Source: Bdellovibrionota bacterium (GTDB taxonomy: Bacteria; Bdellovibrionota_C; UBA2361; JAFLCA01). Taken from it: 64,000 nucleotides of DNA. Below the pieces are notes generated by a model. That model was given only the letters and a program-made list of their open reading frames with translations, made no database searches and was not told the DNA's origin. The stretch covers positions 9,399 through 73,398 of the forward strand of contig JAYRHW010000158.1 in NCBI GenBank assembly GCA_041907145.1, read 5' to 3'. Shown here in pieces: positions 1-10,200 of this stretch (its first letter is position 1; each line of letters starts with the position of its first letter). The translations under genes were made by a program, and so were the position numbers.

Positions 1-222
1 AAGCCCCTAGCCCTCATGCGTTAAAGCTCCCGTTAGTTTCGGCCGATTTACCGTATCGGTGGGTCGTGTCCTATCCTGCCTTGGGAGCTATGGTCATAAC
101 CATCTGATATTATTGAGTATCGCTAGGGAATCGCCAAAATGCGAGCTGCAGCGTACTTAAGTCCATAACATCAGTGAGCAATTTGCTGCTGACGATATTT
201 GATTATTTCGCAGGTTTTAGGA

Positions 223-1068
223 ATGGACCGGTTTAAGGAGCCCTCCCCAACATCGGGCAATATTCGGCTGAAAGCCCGGCCATCCGAGCTTGCGCAAACT
301 CCAAGCCCTTCCAGGCTCACCAGCGAAGTTGAGTCAACCGCGATATCAGAGCATCCCAAGATTCGTGTCGCGCGGGAATTGGAATCCAACGAGCGTGTTG
401 GGCTCATTTTCCGGCACTGGCTCTCCCTTATTGTTGGCGTCTCTATCGGCGTAGCCCTCGTGATCGGCTCTCAGGTCTCTATGAAGGTCGCCGAGCGCAG
501 CACTCCGATGGATTCGGGGTCAATTTCCGTGACGGTGTTGAACCCCAACGCCGACTCGTCACTCGACACCTCCTCGGTCGTAGCTGCCGCTCCACAGTCT
601 CAAGGATCTCTGGTCACTTCCGTAAACGGACAAGAGGAGCCCTCCCATATCATAGAGCATGCCCAGGCGCGCAGCATACAATTGGCTGAACGAAAGTTTC
701 TATTTTCGACCGGCACATCGATGCGCTCTTATGATCCACGCTTCGTTTCGAGTGATGCAAATGGTAAATTCAATTTCTCGCTTGGAGAGGCCGGGCAGGC
801 ACTGGCCCTTCGTCCGATTAATGACAACTCCGGCCGCTACGAATTATCCGGCACCGCCGTGCAGTGGCAGGGCGCCTGGCAAGCCAACAATCCTGAGCAA
901 AACATCAAGCTCGGCTCGGCTTACCTGGATTATGTAACACGCACTTTTGGCGGCGCCAGCGGCAGCACCCTGAGCGCATTGAACAAGGAACCCTCTAGTT
1001 TGCTATCGAACATGCCGCGCAAGCCGGGCGTCCCAGGTCAGATGCGCTCCTACCGCGATGGTAAATAG
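223..1068 (+). CDS. hypothetical single-pass membrane protein
   Basis: ORF track 199..1068 starts at TTG; first ATG is at 223. One hydrophobic helix (WLSLIVGVSIGVALVIG), then an S/T-rich stretch and a C-terminal globular part. No family recognised. Confidence 0.45.
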   Translation: MDRFKEPSPTSGNIRLKARPSELAQTPSPSRLTSEVESTAISEHPKIRVARELESNERVGLIFRHWLSLIVGVSIGVALVIGSQVSMKVAERSTPMDSGSISVTVLNPNADSSLDTSSVVAAAPQSQGSLVTSVNGQEEPSHIIEHAQARSIQLAERKFLFSTGTSMRSYDPRFVSSDANGKFNFSLGEAGQALALRPINDNSGRYELSGTAVQWQGAWQANNPEQNIKLGSAYLDYVTRTFGGASGSTLSALNKEPSSLLSNMPRKPGVPGQMRSYRDGK

Positions 1069-1080
1069 CGGCGCCTCGGC

Positions 1081-1494
1081 CTAATTGTAAAGCTCTTCGG
1101 GAATGTCGAATCCAAGTTTGCGAAGCGCGCGCCGTAAATCGGCGTGGTTGATAGGCTTCGCTAGGTACTCGTTGCAGCCGGACAAATGCGCCTGATAGAG
1201 ATTCTGAGAATCAGTATGCGCTGAAGTGACAATCACTTTGACGCCTGCACCGGGCGCCACTCCGTACCGCTCCTCGACGTCTCGGATGGCAGCGAGGGCT
1301 TCATGGCCGTCGAAATCAGGCATCATCAAGTCGAGAAAAATCAAGTCGAAGGGGCGGCCTGCCTCCAGCGCCGAGCAGAACTTTTGAAAGCATTCTTCGC
1401 CATTGCATGCACGTTCCGGCTCTCCAAGGGGCTTGACCGCAGCTTCGAGACTGCGCGCCGATACGGCTTCATCCTCAGCAATTAAAATTCTCAT
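1081..1494 (-). CDS. stand-alone response regulator receiver domain (CheY-like)
   Basis: 137 aa. Acidic pocket ILIAEDE, phospho-acceptor Asp in DLIFLDLMMPDFDG, conserved T (VIVTSA) and K (YLAKP). No output domain. Confidence 0.85.
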   Translation of the reverse strand: MRILIAEDEAVSARSLEAAVKPLGEPERACNGEECFQKFCSALEAGRPFDLIFLDLMMPDFDGHEALAAIRDVEERYGVAPGAGVKVIVTSAHTDSQNLYQAHLSGCNEYLAKPINHADLRRALRKLGFDIPEELYN

Positions 1495-1943
1495 AAGTCT
1501 AAGGTCCCTGCGCCCATCGATGGTGAGTAATTTCTGTGAGGATAAGATCGGCGTTTCAACACCGCCCCTTGAGATAAAATCCGGGATGGCCCGGATGATT
1601 TAAGTCAATAATTTCAATGGGGTAGATCGCAGTGCCCAGCATTAAGGCCGGGGAAGGGTAACGCGACAGCTAAGTCAAATTGCTGCTGCCAATTCCTCAT
1701 TTCACGAGAATTTGCTTCACCTGTGCCAAAAAAAAGTTTTCCAATCTCCGCTCTGCGGACAAAGTTCTTGACAGGAAGATCGCGGAACAAAAGCGAAAAA
1801 CACCAAATTGCCGGTGGACGGAATGCGCGTTCTCCGAGCGTAGGTTAAGAACCGGCGCCAGGATAGAATTTTTAATACGACGAGACGGAGACACTGAAGA
1901 ACGATCCGCAAAGTCGGGATTTTTTCGGTTGGAGTTTGTTCGC

Positions 1944-3569
1944 ATGACTCGCGAGGTTTCCGCTGCTCCGAGCCCCTCTGTCCCTCCTCCCTCAGAAGCT
2001 CAAGAAAACACGCCCGGGTCCAAAGAGCATCATTCCCAATCACCCCTGCACAACTCATGGTTTCGCGGCCTCGGCATCGGCATGACTGCCGCCGGTATGG
2101 CCATGTCGTCTATTCGACAATATGTGGCCGCATTACAAACCGAAGAGGCGCAGGAGGGGGCCACCGTCATACTGTTTCAGCCGAAGTTATCGCTGGATGT
2201 AGTACGAACCAGCGAGAAACCGCTGCTGCGCAGCTCCTTCGATTCCGTGCGCATACAGGCGCCGGATAGCATTACATCTGAAACAGTCAAATCCGAGATC
2301 GCGGAACTGAAAATTCTTGCGCAAAGTAGAACCGCTGAGTCAATTAAAGAAATCGAGAAGTGGGACCAGGGAGCCACTCTGGCTTGGAATCGTATCGCCC
2401 GCGATCTCGTCTCCGAGATGAAGCTCAACCCGGTGGAAGCCTCCCGAGCCTACGCTTTACTCAGTGTCGCGCAACACGATGCCCTGCTGGCTGCCCGCCA
2501 AGCGCAGGAAGAGTTTTGCCGGCCCGCTCCCTCCGCCATCGATTCAAGCTTGAGCGCGGTGGGACACGCATCGTCACCGTCCTACCCCTCTGACCATGCC
2601 GCAGTTGCGTCGGCTTCTCGGATGGTGCTCGCCTACATTTTCCCGCAAAAGCTCGATGTCTTGAATCGACAAGCAGAACAGCACACGGATTCCAGGCTCC
2701 AGGGCGGGCTGAATCTTCGAAGCGATATCATCGAGGGGGATAGAATTGGCCGTGCTGTCGCGTTACGCGTCATCGAATACGCAGCGCATGATAATCCTGG
2801 CGCCGAGGCGGCCTCCACCGCCCCTCAAGGACCCGGCATTTGGCGCTCCTCCGCTACACCTCCGACTCCCGGACTGCATCCTGAGTGGGGAAAGGTCCGA
2901 CCGTGGAATATGGAAAGTGGATCGCAATTTCGACCGGAGCCTCCTCCTGCGTTTGAATCAAAGGAATTCAAGGCGGCTTTAGCAGAGGTGCGGCTGATCT
3001 CTGAAACACGCAGTCCAGAACAGCTTCGTATTGCAACATTTTGGGCCGACGGACCCGGTTCCGCAACTCCGCCGGGACATTGGAACCAGATCGCGACCGA
3101 GCTTATACAGAAATATGGACTGAATGACAGCCAGTCCTCGCATGTCTACGCGACACTCAACATGGCCATGGCAGATGCGGGCATTGCCTGTTGGGACGCA
3201 AAATACAGCTTCTGGCTTATCCGTCCATCACAGGTCGACGCCGCCATCACGACGCCTGTAGGTTTGCCGAACTTTCCCTCATATGTTTCCGGACACAGCA
3301 CATTTTCTGCGGCAGCCGCGGAAGTGCTCTCCTACTTCTTCCCTGCCGAGGCTAAGGATTTGCAATCCAAGGCTCAGGAGGCTTCGATGTCCCGAGTGTA
3401 CGGCGGGATCCATTATCGCTTCGATGCTGAGAAGGGTCTGGAGCTCGGACATAAAGTCGGAGTACTCGCCGTTGAACGCGCGGTAGCGCATTCCATGACC
3501 CCAATCCCGGCAGACCAGAAGAATTTGCAGGATTGGTTCAAGGGACTGGAGGCCTCACCCCAGAAATAG
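1944..3569 (+). CDS. PAP2-superfamily / vanadium-dependent haloperoxidase-like protein
   Basis: Complete acid-phosphatase/haloperoxidase signature: K-x6-RP (KYSFWLIRP), SGH (YVSGHSTF), SR-x5-H-x3-D (SRVYGGIHYRFD). Start placed at ATG 1944 with GGAG 10 nt upstream; the TTG-extended N-terminus of the track ORF looks non-protein-like. Confidence 0.75.
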   Translation: MTREVSAAPSPSVPPPSEAQENTPGSKEHHSQSPLHNSWFRGLGIGMTAAGMAMSSIRQYVAALQTEEAQEGATVILFQPKLSLDVVRTSEKPLLRSSFDSVRIQAPDSITSETVKSEIAELKILAQSRTAESIKEIEKWDQGATLAWNRIARDLVSEMKLNPVEASRAYALLSVAQHDALLAARQAQEEFCRPAPSAIDSSLSAVGHASSPSYPSDHAAVASASRMVLAYIFPQKLDVLNRQAEQHTDSRLQGGLNLRSDIIEGDRIGRAVALRVIEYAAHDNPGAEAASTAPQGPGIWRSSATPPTPGLHPEWGKVRPWNMESGSQFRPEPPPAFESKEFKAALAEVRLISETRSPEQLRIATFWADGPGSATPPGHWNQIATELIQKYGLNDSQSSHVYATLNMAMADAGIACWDAKYSFWLIRPSQVDAAITTPVGLPNFPSYVSGHSTFSAAAAEVLSYFFPAEAKDLQSKAQEASMSRVYGGIHYRFDAEKGLELGHKVGVLAVERAVAHSMTPIPADQKNLQDWFKGLEASPQK

Positions 3570-3597
3570 AAGATCTCACACTTGCACTTGCTCCTTG

Positions 3598-3652
3598 CCC
3601 CGCTTGCGCGCTTCCCCAACCTTCCCTACAGCACGCAGGCGGGGCTTTTTTG
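3598..3652 (+). terminator. rho-independent terminator candidate after the PAP2-like gene
   Basis: ccccgcttgcg (3598-3608) pairs with cgcaggcgggg (3634-3644) at 10 of 11 positions, followed by cttttttg. The loop is long (~25 nt). Confidence 0.5.
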
Positions 3653-3724
3653 TTTACGATTGGCGAATGCGCTGCGATTCAGTGCACGCAGATGACGCCG
3701 CTGTGGATTTCTAGCAACTTCTTA

Positions 3725-4055
3725 GAGCCCGTCTTAAGGGCGTCTGAGATTGCCACGATTTCAGTGCCCTTCCCACACTTTGCGGGGCCGATCTTTTTAC
3801 CCCCTTTTTTCCTCCACAAAGGAAGCATCGATAAAGGTTTCAGCAAGGTCGATCTTGCCCTTCCCTTGAAGATGCCGAACAAGGCCTTCAAGTATCCGCT
3901 TTGCGTCATGGCGACGGCGACCTTCACCATGCTCTTTCGGCAGACGCTTCCTAATAAATTCCCATTGACCCTTCGTGGGCTTCATCTACTCACCATTCCA
4001 AATCTCCTAACCACTAGATACCCCCATTCTTTTCTCTGCCTCTTGAGACCGCCTC
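3725..4055 (-). mobile_element. internally deleted IS5-family (DUF4096-type transposase) remnant, left copy
   Basis: The reverse complement aligns almost base for base with 6666-7173, from the terminal ggcggtctcaa(a/g)aggc... through the transposase start. It lacks two internal blocks present in the right copy and retains one block that copy has lost. The other end (gagcccgtcttaagggc) is an imperfect inverted repeat of the first. Confidence 0.7.
3797..3985 (-). pseudogene. IS5-family transposase fragment (N-terminal DUF4096 region fused by deletion to a DDE-region piece)
   Basis: [35 protein letters not shown]... then jumps to ...KGKIDLAETFIDASFVEEKRG. Only 62 aa, too short for a functional transposase. 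Confidence 0.6.
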
Positions 4056-4064
4056 TAATTAATT

Positions 4065-6551
4065 CTAATACCACTTTGCGGCCCTACGGACTTTTGCCTC
4101 ACATTGCTTGCGGGCCCTCGATTTGGAGACCCGTCGAGACTTGGCAAGCACCGACTTCACACATTTGTCCACTTTCCTTTGAAGAGCGCGTGTGAGCTGC
4201 CTTGGTTTTGGAGTCATGGTAGGCGCCACTGTCGCTGTGGGTGGTGGCGTTGCAGGTGGGGGTGGTGTCGGCGTAGGGGATGGGGTGGCTGTCGGGGCAA
4301 CAATATTGAATGGCCCGAGTAACGCGGCACTTTGATGCGAACTATAGGCAGCATTTCCAGCAGAATTCTTTTTGACACCAATATAGTAGTCACCAGAGGG
4401 CACGGGAGGCACCGCGAAAGTAATCTCGGAAGCACTTTGAGAGATCAATGCGCTCCATGACTGTAAGCTCGAACCAATTGGCGTCGCGGGCAGAAAAAAT
4501 CCTACTTGATTCCCCCATGGGACGATAAGGGGAGGATCAAAGAAATTGGTTCCCCAAATCGTTACCGTATCCCCCCAGGTTCCGCTGTAGGCGCTCAGTG
4601 TAGTTACCGTCGGACGACCGGGATCGAGATTGAGAGTAATCTGCTTGGATGCCACCACATATTGGCCATCAGAAATTTCGATACTGGCGAAGTCTCGCTG
4701 CAATCCCTCCGGCAGTGCACCTGCCTCTTGGTTAAGCGCGACAACAATTTGGTGCGATTCTGCCGGGCCGAGAATGCCGGAACAGCTTCCCCCAACGCCG
4801 ACGCACGCAGTTCCCGCATCTGAAACCGTAATCCAAGGTCTGGTTTTCTTGATTGAGTACGATAACGGCGCGTCTCCAGTGTTAGTTACGGTGCCGGTCA
4901 TCTGGGTGATATCAAACGAGCCGTCTGCGTAGCGCTGGGAAGTTATCTCATTCCCGGAGACTGAGAGCGGGCTCCAGACATGAGGATTTAGACCGAGGAT
5001 ATGGAAGCCTACGCCCCCTTGCCGACCTGGAGCCAGCAGGAAGTTAGGATATTCTCGCATAAAAGTCGCTCCCTCGACTACCATTGGAATTTTGTGATGT
5101 CGGTAAATTTGCCGAACATCGGCAGGACCATGTGCTAGATCAAAAAAATTCACTCCTCCGGCGTAGGAGCCGACTGCGAGGATATTGTTTGAAATGTCAG
5201 ACCAGTGAGGAATGCCTGTAAATGTATCACCCCAAAATTGTTTAAGAAGACAGCTGCTTCCTTCTGTTTGACAGTTAATAGTACCTAAGTCCGTTCCAAT
5301 CGTTGCGGGATCGTCGAGCATCGAAGTGTCAAGAATGCTAAGTGGCCCGTTGTTCGCTTCGTCTTTAACTATCACCGCCGACGAGTAGCCGCGCAGATAG
5401 GCGGCTGGGAAGGGTTCTGTGTCGTGAGTAACCCCGCCATGTAAGTAAAGGAAACGAGCGACTTTCTTAGGCTTTGTCGGATCGGTTAGATCAAATACCC
5501 ACAAGCCGTGCAAGTTGCCCCCGGGCATGGTCGATACGAACATTCGCCAACGCTCTCGTCCCCCTGAGATCGGTACGAGGTAAGCCTTTACATCATGGAT
5601 GTGAGGTACGGTAAGAGGGGCAGGAGACATCACGGAATTGAGATCGTACTTCAGCTCAAAATCCGTGGGAGATTCCACCGATGGTAACGGATTAGTTTGT
5701 CCGAAAATTCGACCGGCGGAGGTATAAATATACGGCACCCCGGCTATGCTGGCTGCCCCGATGCTGTGCGCACCGACGCGGAAATCACGCCCAACGAATT
5801 TGGGATGGTATGGATCTCTAACATCTACGACAAAGAGATAAACGCACCGTCCCCCCATGCGGGCACATCCGCCTTCCATCCCCATGTACAAGTAACCGTT
5901 AAGTAGTTCGAATCCCTCACGTGGATACAATTTGAATGGTTCCTGTTCCCAGTTCGCAGGTCGTGGAGTATGGGTACCGTCAATTCTCGCAATCTCCGTG
6001 ATTTGCGGCTGATCCGGAGACCCCTGAATTCGGAATATCTTGACGAAGCCTCGATTGCTATCAGGATGGGTCAAACCCCCTTCAGAATCTCCCCCATCCA
6101 TATTTTCATATCCTTGGAAAATATAGGGGTAACTATAGCGAGCTTCGCGGCCCGTGCTGTCATACTGGGCGACATATTCGGTTGGTGAAAAATCGTAAGG
6201 CATGCCTTCCGGGTAGACGAGTATCTCGATTTGGTCCGATGCTAAGTGCCCTTGACCGTCGTTCACTTCAACTCGCAGAGTAAAGGGCCCGAAAGTGCTG
6301 AAATCAACATAAGTTTCAGGAAAATTCGCCGCGCTAAATGTGACGGATCCGCTTCCCGAAACGAGGCTCCAGTTAACACTGGCTGGAGAGCTCGACTGTG
6401 AATCTATGGATGCGTACAGCAATGCTTTGGCGGGCAACACGACGAATTTCTGTGCAGCGACTACTCTCACATCTAAAGCCGGCGGATCCGCAGCTACTCG
6501 AGAAGCCCCGCATAGAAGAACCCCCAAAAGTGCCAAGATTGCCAGCGCCAT
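4065..6551 (-). CDS. secreted LVIVD-repeat beta-propeller protein with N-terminal Ig/PKD-like and C-terminal IPT/TIG-like domains
   Basis: Signal peptide MALAILALLGVLLCGASRVAA, which is the second Met (track ORF starts at 6605). LVIVD-type strands VYLFVVDVRDPYHPKFVG, LWVFDLTDPTKPKKVA, VNFFDLAHGPADV. TIG-like TVTTLSAYSGTWGDTVTIWGTNFF. P/T linker TPSPTPTPPPPATPPPTATVAPT and a basic tail. Confidence 0.7.
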   Translation of the reverse strand: MALAILALLGVLLCGASRVAADPPALDVRVVAAQKFVVLPAKALLYASIDSQSSSPASVNWSLVSGSGSVTFSAANFPETYVDFSTFGPFTLRVEVNDGQGHLASDQIEILVYPEGMPYDFSPTEYVAQYDSTGREARYSYPYIFQGYENMDGGDSEGGLTHPDSNRGFVKIFRIQGSPDQPQITEIARIDGTHTPRPANWEQEPFKLYPREGFELLNGYLYMGMEGGCARMGGRCVYLFVVDVRDPYHPKFVGRDFRVGAHSIGAASIAGVPYIYTSAGRIFGQTNPLPSVESPTDFELKYDLNSVMSPAPLTVPHIHDVKAYLVPISGGRERWRMFVSTMPGGNLHGLWVFDLTDPTKPKKVARFLYLHGGVTHDTEPFPAAYLRGYSSAVIVKDEANNGPLSILDTSMLDDPATIGTDLGTINCQTEGSSCLLKQFWGDTFTGIPHWSDISNNILAVGSYAGGVNFFDLAHGPADVRQIYRHHKIPMVVEGATFMREYPNFLLAPGRQGGVGFHILGLNPHVWSPLSVSGNEITSQRYADGSFDITQMTGTVTNTGDAPLSYSIKKTRPWITVSDAGTACVGVGGSCSGILGPAESHQIVVALNQEAGALPEGLQRDFASIEISDGQYVVASKQITLNLDPGRPTVTTLSAYSGTWGDTVTIWGTNFFDPPLIVPWGNQVGFFLPATPIGSSLQSWSALISQSASEITFAVPPVPSGDYYIGVKKNSAGNAAYSSHQSAALLGPFNIVAPTATPSPTPTPPPPATPPPTATVAPTMTPKPRQLTRALQRKVDKCVKSVLAKSRRVSKSRARKQCEAKVRRAAKWY

Positions 6552-6665
6552 AGGCCTGCGCGGGAAGCGGCATCGTGAGGGCGTATGAGCACTGAGGCAT
6601 CGCAATTGATAAATCTCCGTAAGGAATATCGGCGTGAGAGCAGGGGGGCATAAGTGGGAGTTAAA

Positions 6666-7173
6666 GGCGGTCTCAAAAGGCGGAGAAAAGAATGGGGGTA
6701 TCTAGTGGTTAGGAGATTTGAAATGGTGAGTAGATGAAGCCCACGGAGGATCAATGAGAATTTATTATGAAGCGTCTGCCGAAAGAACCTGGTGAAGGTC
6801 GCCGTCGCCATGACGCAAAGCGGATACTTGAAGGAATTCTTTGGATTCTGAAAACTGGAGCACGTTGGCAAGATCTACCCAAGGAGTATCCGTCATACCA
6901 GACGTGCAACCGGCGATTTCAAGAATGGCGTAAAGCCGGGGTCATGTGAGAAATTCTTGAAGACCTTGTTCGGAATCTTCAAGGGAAGGGCACTGAAATC
7001 GTGGCAATCTCAGACAATTCGAGTCCTCCTATCTCCTTATCCATTGCAAGTGCTTCACTGCATGAGAGTACGCTCGTTGAAGAAGCGATTCGGCGGCGAT
7101 ATACAAAAAACCTTCCTCGCTTTCGTTTAACTATCGGCTACCATTATTTGTCTCAGACGCTTTTGAGATGGGT
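6666..7173 (+). mobile_element. internally deleted IS5-family (DUF4096-type transposase) remnant, right copy
   Basis: Begins ggcggtctcaaaaggcggagaaaagaatggggg and ends gcttttgagatgggt, an imperfect inverted repeat. The transposase reading frame is interrupted by an in-frame TGA at 6947-6949 and by a deletion relative to the left copy. Confidence 0.7.
6767..6949 (+). pseudogene. IS5-family transposase N-terminal fragment (DUF4096)
   Basis: [60 protein letters not shown], then a stop. The frame continues after the stop with EILEDLVRNLQGKGTEIVAISD... Confidence 0.65.
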
Positions 7174-7276
7174 TCTAATAGAATAGTCGATTGGGCTAAG
7201 ATGAAATTATCGCGGGAACATGGGGACCCCGGAAACACTTTCCTAATCCAATCTTCAGGAATCAGACCTTCGCCCT

Positions 7277-10200
7277 CTATCCAAGAATAATTTCGACGCG
7301 AACTACCCCGCTTCCCGGTCTGGCGACTCGACGATTAGTCGACTCCTCTCCGTTCACTTTGAACGAGTGAATACCTCGCTCCACGCCCTTGGGATTGCGA
7401 ACTAAAATTTCCACGCTGCCATTGCCAAAGCGCAGCCGAGCTTCATAATCCTTCCACGTAGCAGGGATACAAGGATCAATCAGAACGGTATCCTTCTCGA
7501 ATCGAATACCCAAAATCTCATGCAGCCCTGCTTGGTACATCCAACCAGCCGAGCCGGTATACCAGCTCCAACCTGCTCGTCCCGCATGCTGAGGATTGGA
7601 ATAGACATCTCCGCAGAATACATACGGCTCACCCCGATAGCGCTCAATTCCGGCAGGCGTCGAGCTAAGATTGATCGGGTTTATGAGTTCGAAGAGATCG
7701 ACCGCAGCAGTTCCACGACCCATCCTTGCCAAGGCCATGATGAACCAGGCACTTGCATGAGTGTACTGTCCCCCATTTTCACGAATTCCCGGCAGGTAGC
7801 CCTTGATGTACCCCGGATCCTGCTGCGACTTATCGAATGCAGGCGTGAGCAATTCCACTATTCCCGCCTCACGCTTGACGAGATGCTTGAGCGCAGATTC
7901 CATCGCTTTGATTTGCCGCTCCGGAGCGCCGGCATTCGACAGAACGCTCCAGCTCTGCGCAATTGAATCGATGCGGCACTCATCATTGCGCTTGCTCCCC
8001 ATGGGCTTACCGTCATCGTAAAATGCCCGCAGGTACCACTCTCCATCCCAGCAAGAGCCTTCGATCGCAGCCTGTAGTTGCTTTATCTTATCCTCATATC
8101 CCTGAGCCCGATAATTGTCCCGGCGACCTCGCGCAATGGGCGCAAAACGCTTGAGCACATCGATAATAAACCAAGCGAGCCAGACAGATTCGCCCTTACC
8201 CTCACGGCCAACCTCGTTCATGCCGTCGTTCCAGTCCCCACTCCCAATGAGCGGCAATCCATGCGGACCGCTCGTAAGCGCTCGATCTATCGCGATAATG
8301 CAGTGCTCGTAGATAGAGCCTCTATGCAGGGACTCCCCCGGTTGGATATAGGATTCCATAACCCCTTCTTCGAGCGGAGAGGCCTCAATGAAGCTCTGGT
8401 CTACATCCAGAATTCCGGCATCTCCAGTCGCTTCGATATAGCGGTGCACCACATAGGGAAGCCATAAAAGATCGTCGCTAATGCGCGTGCGGACACCACG
8501 GCCCGTGGGCGGATGCCACCAATGCTGGACGTCGCCTTCCGTGAATTGGCGCGCCGCATGGAGAATAATCTGCTGCCTGACCATATGCGGGGCAATCGGC
8601 AACAAGGCTAGCGAGTCCTGCAGCTGATCGCGAAACCCAATGGCACCGCCACTCTGATAGAATGCCGAGCGTCCAAAGATTCTGCAGGATAACGCCTGAT
8701 AGAGGAGCCAGCCATTCATCAAGGTATTAAGACTGCGAGAAGGCGTCTTGACTTCAATGGACGACGCAATTTCCTTCCAGTAAGCATCGACGGCGCGCCG
8801 CTCGGCGGCGCAAAAGGCAACCGAAGAAAGATTTCTGGATTGCGTGCGTAATTCCTCGATATTCGGGAATTCGCAGAGGTAAAATAAGATCTCTCGACGT
8901 TCGCGCGGCGCAAGCGATACCTCGGCCGCGGCGACTAATGCATCACAGCCCGGTCCGACTGACTTGCTCAGGGTCTCCGCGAGACTGCGCCCAACCTGAA
9001 AGGCCAGCGGCGAGGAGAGAGAGCCGTTTCTGCCGATGAATTCATCGCGTCGAGAAGTGTAGCCCGATAGATCCAAGCTCGCGCCCACTGCTACGACCCG
9101 ACCCGCAAACTCGTTATTATATAAATTTCGCGCCAGCAAGGACTTCGACTTCTCGTCGAACGAAGTCACGATGTAGCGCGCCGAAGTCTCGCGCTGCACG
9201 CCGAGCACGAGCTCGAGGTATAATGACAGCTCCAGCCGTCGAGTCACCGAGCCGGTATTTTTAAGGGTAAGCGACCACCATTTGACTGGGGCTTCCTTGG
9301 CACCGCACAGCGTGAGGGTGCTTTGAATACTGTCGTTCTCGACTTCATAGGTCGAGAATCCGAAGCCATGGGTCACGGCGTAGACCTGATTCGCCGGAGC
9401 AGGAGCGGGCGTGGTCGACCAGACCGAGCCGCTTTCGAGATCTCGGATGAAGAGGGCTTCCCCGCAGGGATCGCAGACCGGATCGTTGCTCCAGGGAGTC
9501 AGGCGATTTTCCCGGCTATTTTCCGACCAGGTGTATCCTCCGCCCCGCTCCGTTGCAATGAAGCCGAAGCGCGAATTTGAAACCACATTGCTCCATGGCA
9601 GAGGGGTCGCCTCTCCCGGATGCAACTGAATACGGAAAGATTTCCCATCCGGTGAAAACTCGTGCCGTCCTGCACCGTGCGCAAAACGCTCTACCGCGCC
9701 CTGCGAAGTATCGGCCTCAGGCCCGGGTTCCGCCGTTGCAATTCGTCCTCGCCCAGCCCATGAGAGCGCCACAGCCTCACTGCTGAAGCTGAGCTGAGAA
9801 GATAAGCTGCCCTTGGCGCCGTGGAGAATAACGCGCGCGACTGTCTGCAAAAGTACTACTTCAACCTCCGAAAGCTGGCCAACCGCGCGCAAATAAATGC
9901 CGCCGCGCTTATCCAGCAGGTGCCCCGCCGCTCCGGCCTTCACGGCAAATTCCAACTCCTCCTGGAAGTGCTGGAAGTAGCCTCCAGGATATTCATTCAG
10001 CACGACAAGATCGAAGACGATTCCACGGAGACGTAGATACTCATGTGCGATAAGCAATTCATTGAGGAGCTTCAAGTGCGGCGGCTCGGATACTCGGATG
10101 AGTACGATAGGAAGATCCCCGGAAATGCCGAAGCGCCACAAGCCAGCCTGCGCCAATTGATTACGGCTCAAAACTGCCGATTCGGCCCGCGCTCCCTGAA

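Noticed and set aside
3533-4195. 220-aa + strand ORF spanning the end of the PAP2-like gene, its terminator and the left IS remnant
   Set aside because: It reads through a terminator hairpin and through the antisense strand of the IS fragment. Its similarity to the minus-strand ORF 6494..6871 merely reflects the inverted IS copies. The sequence is low-complexity and non-protein-like.
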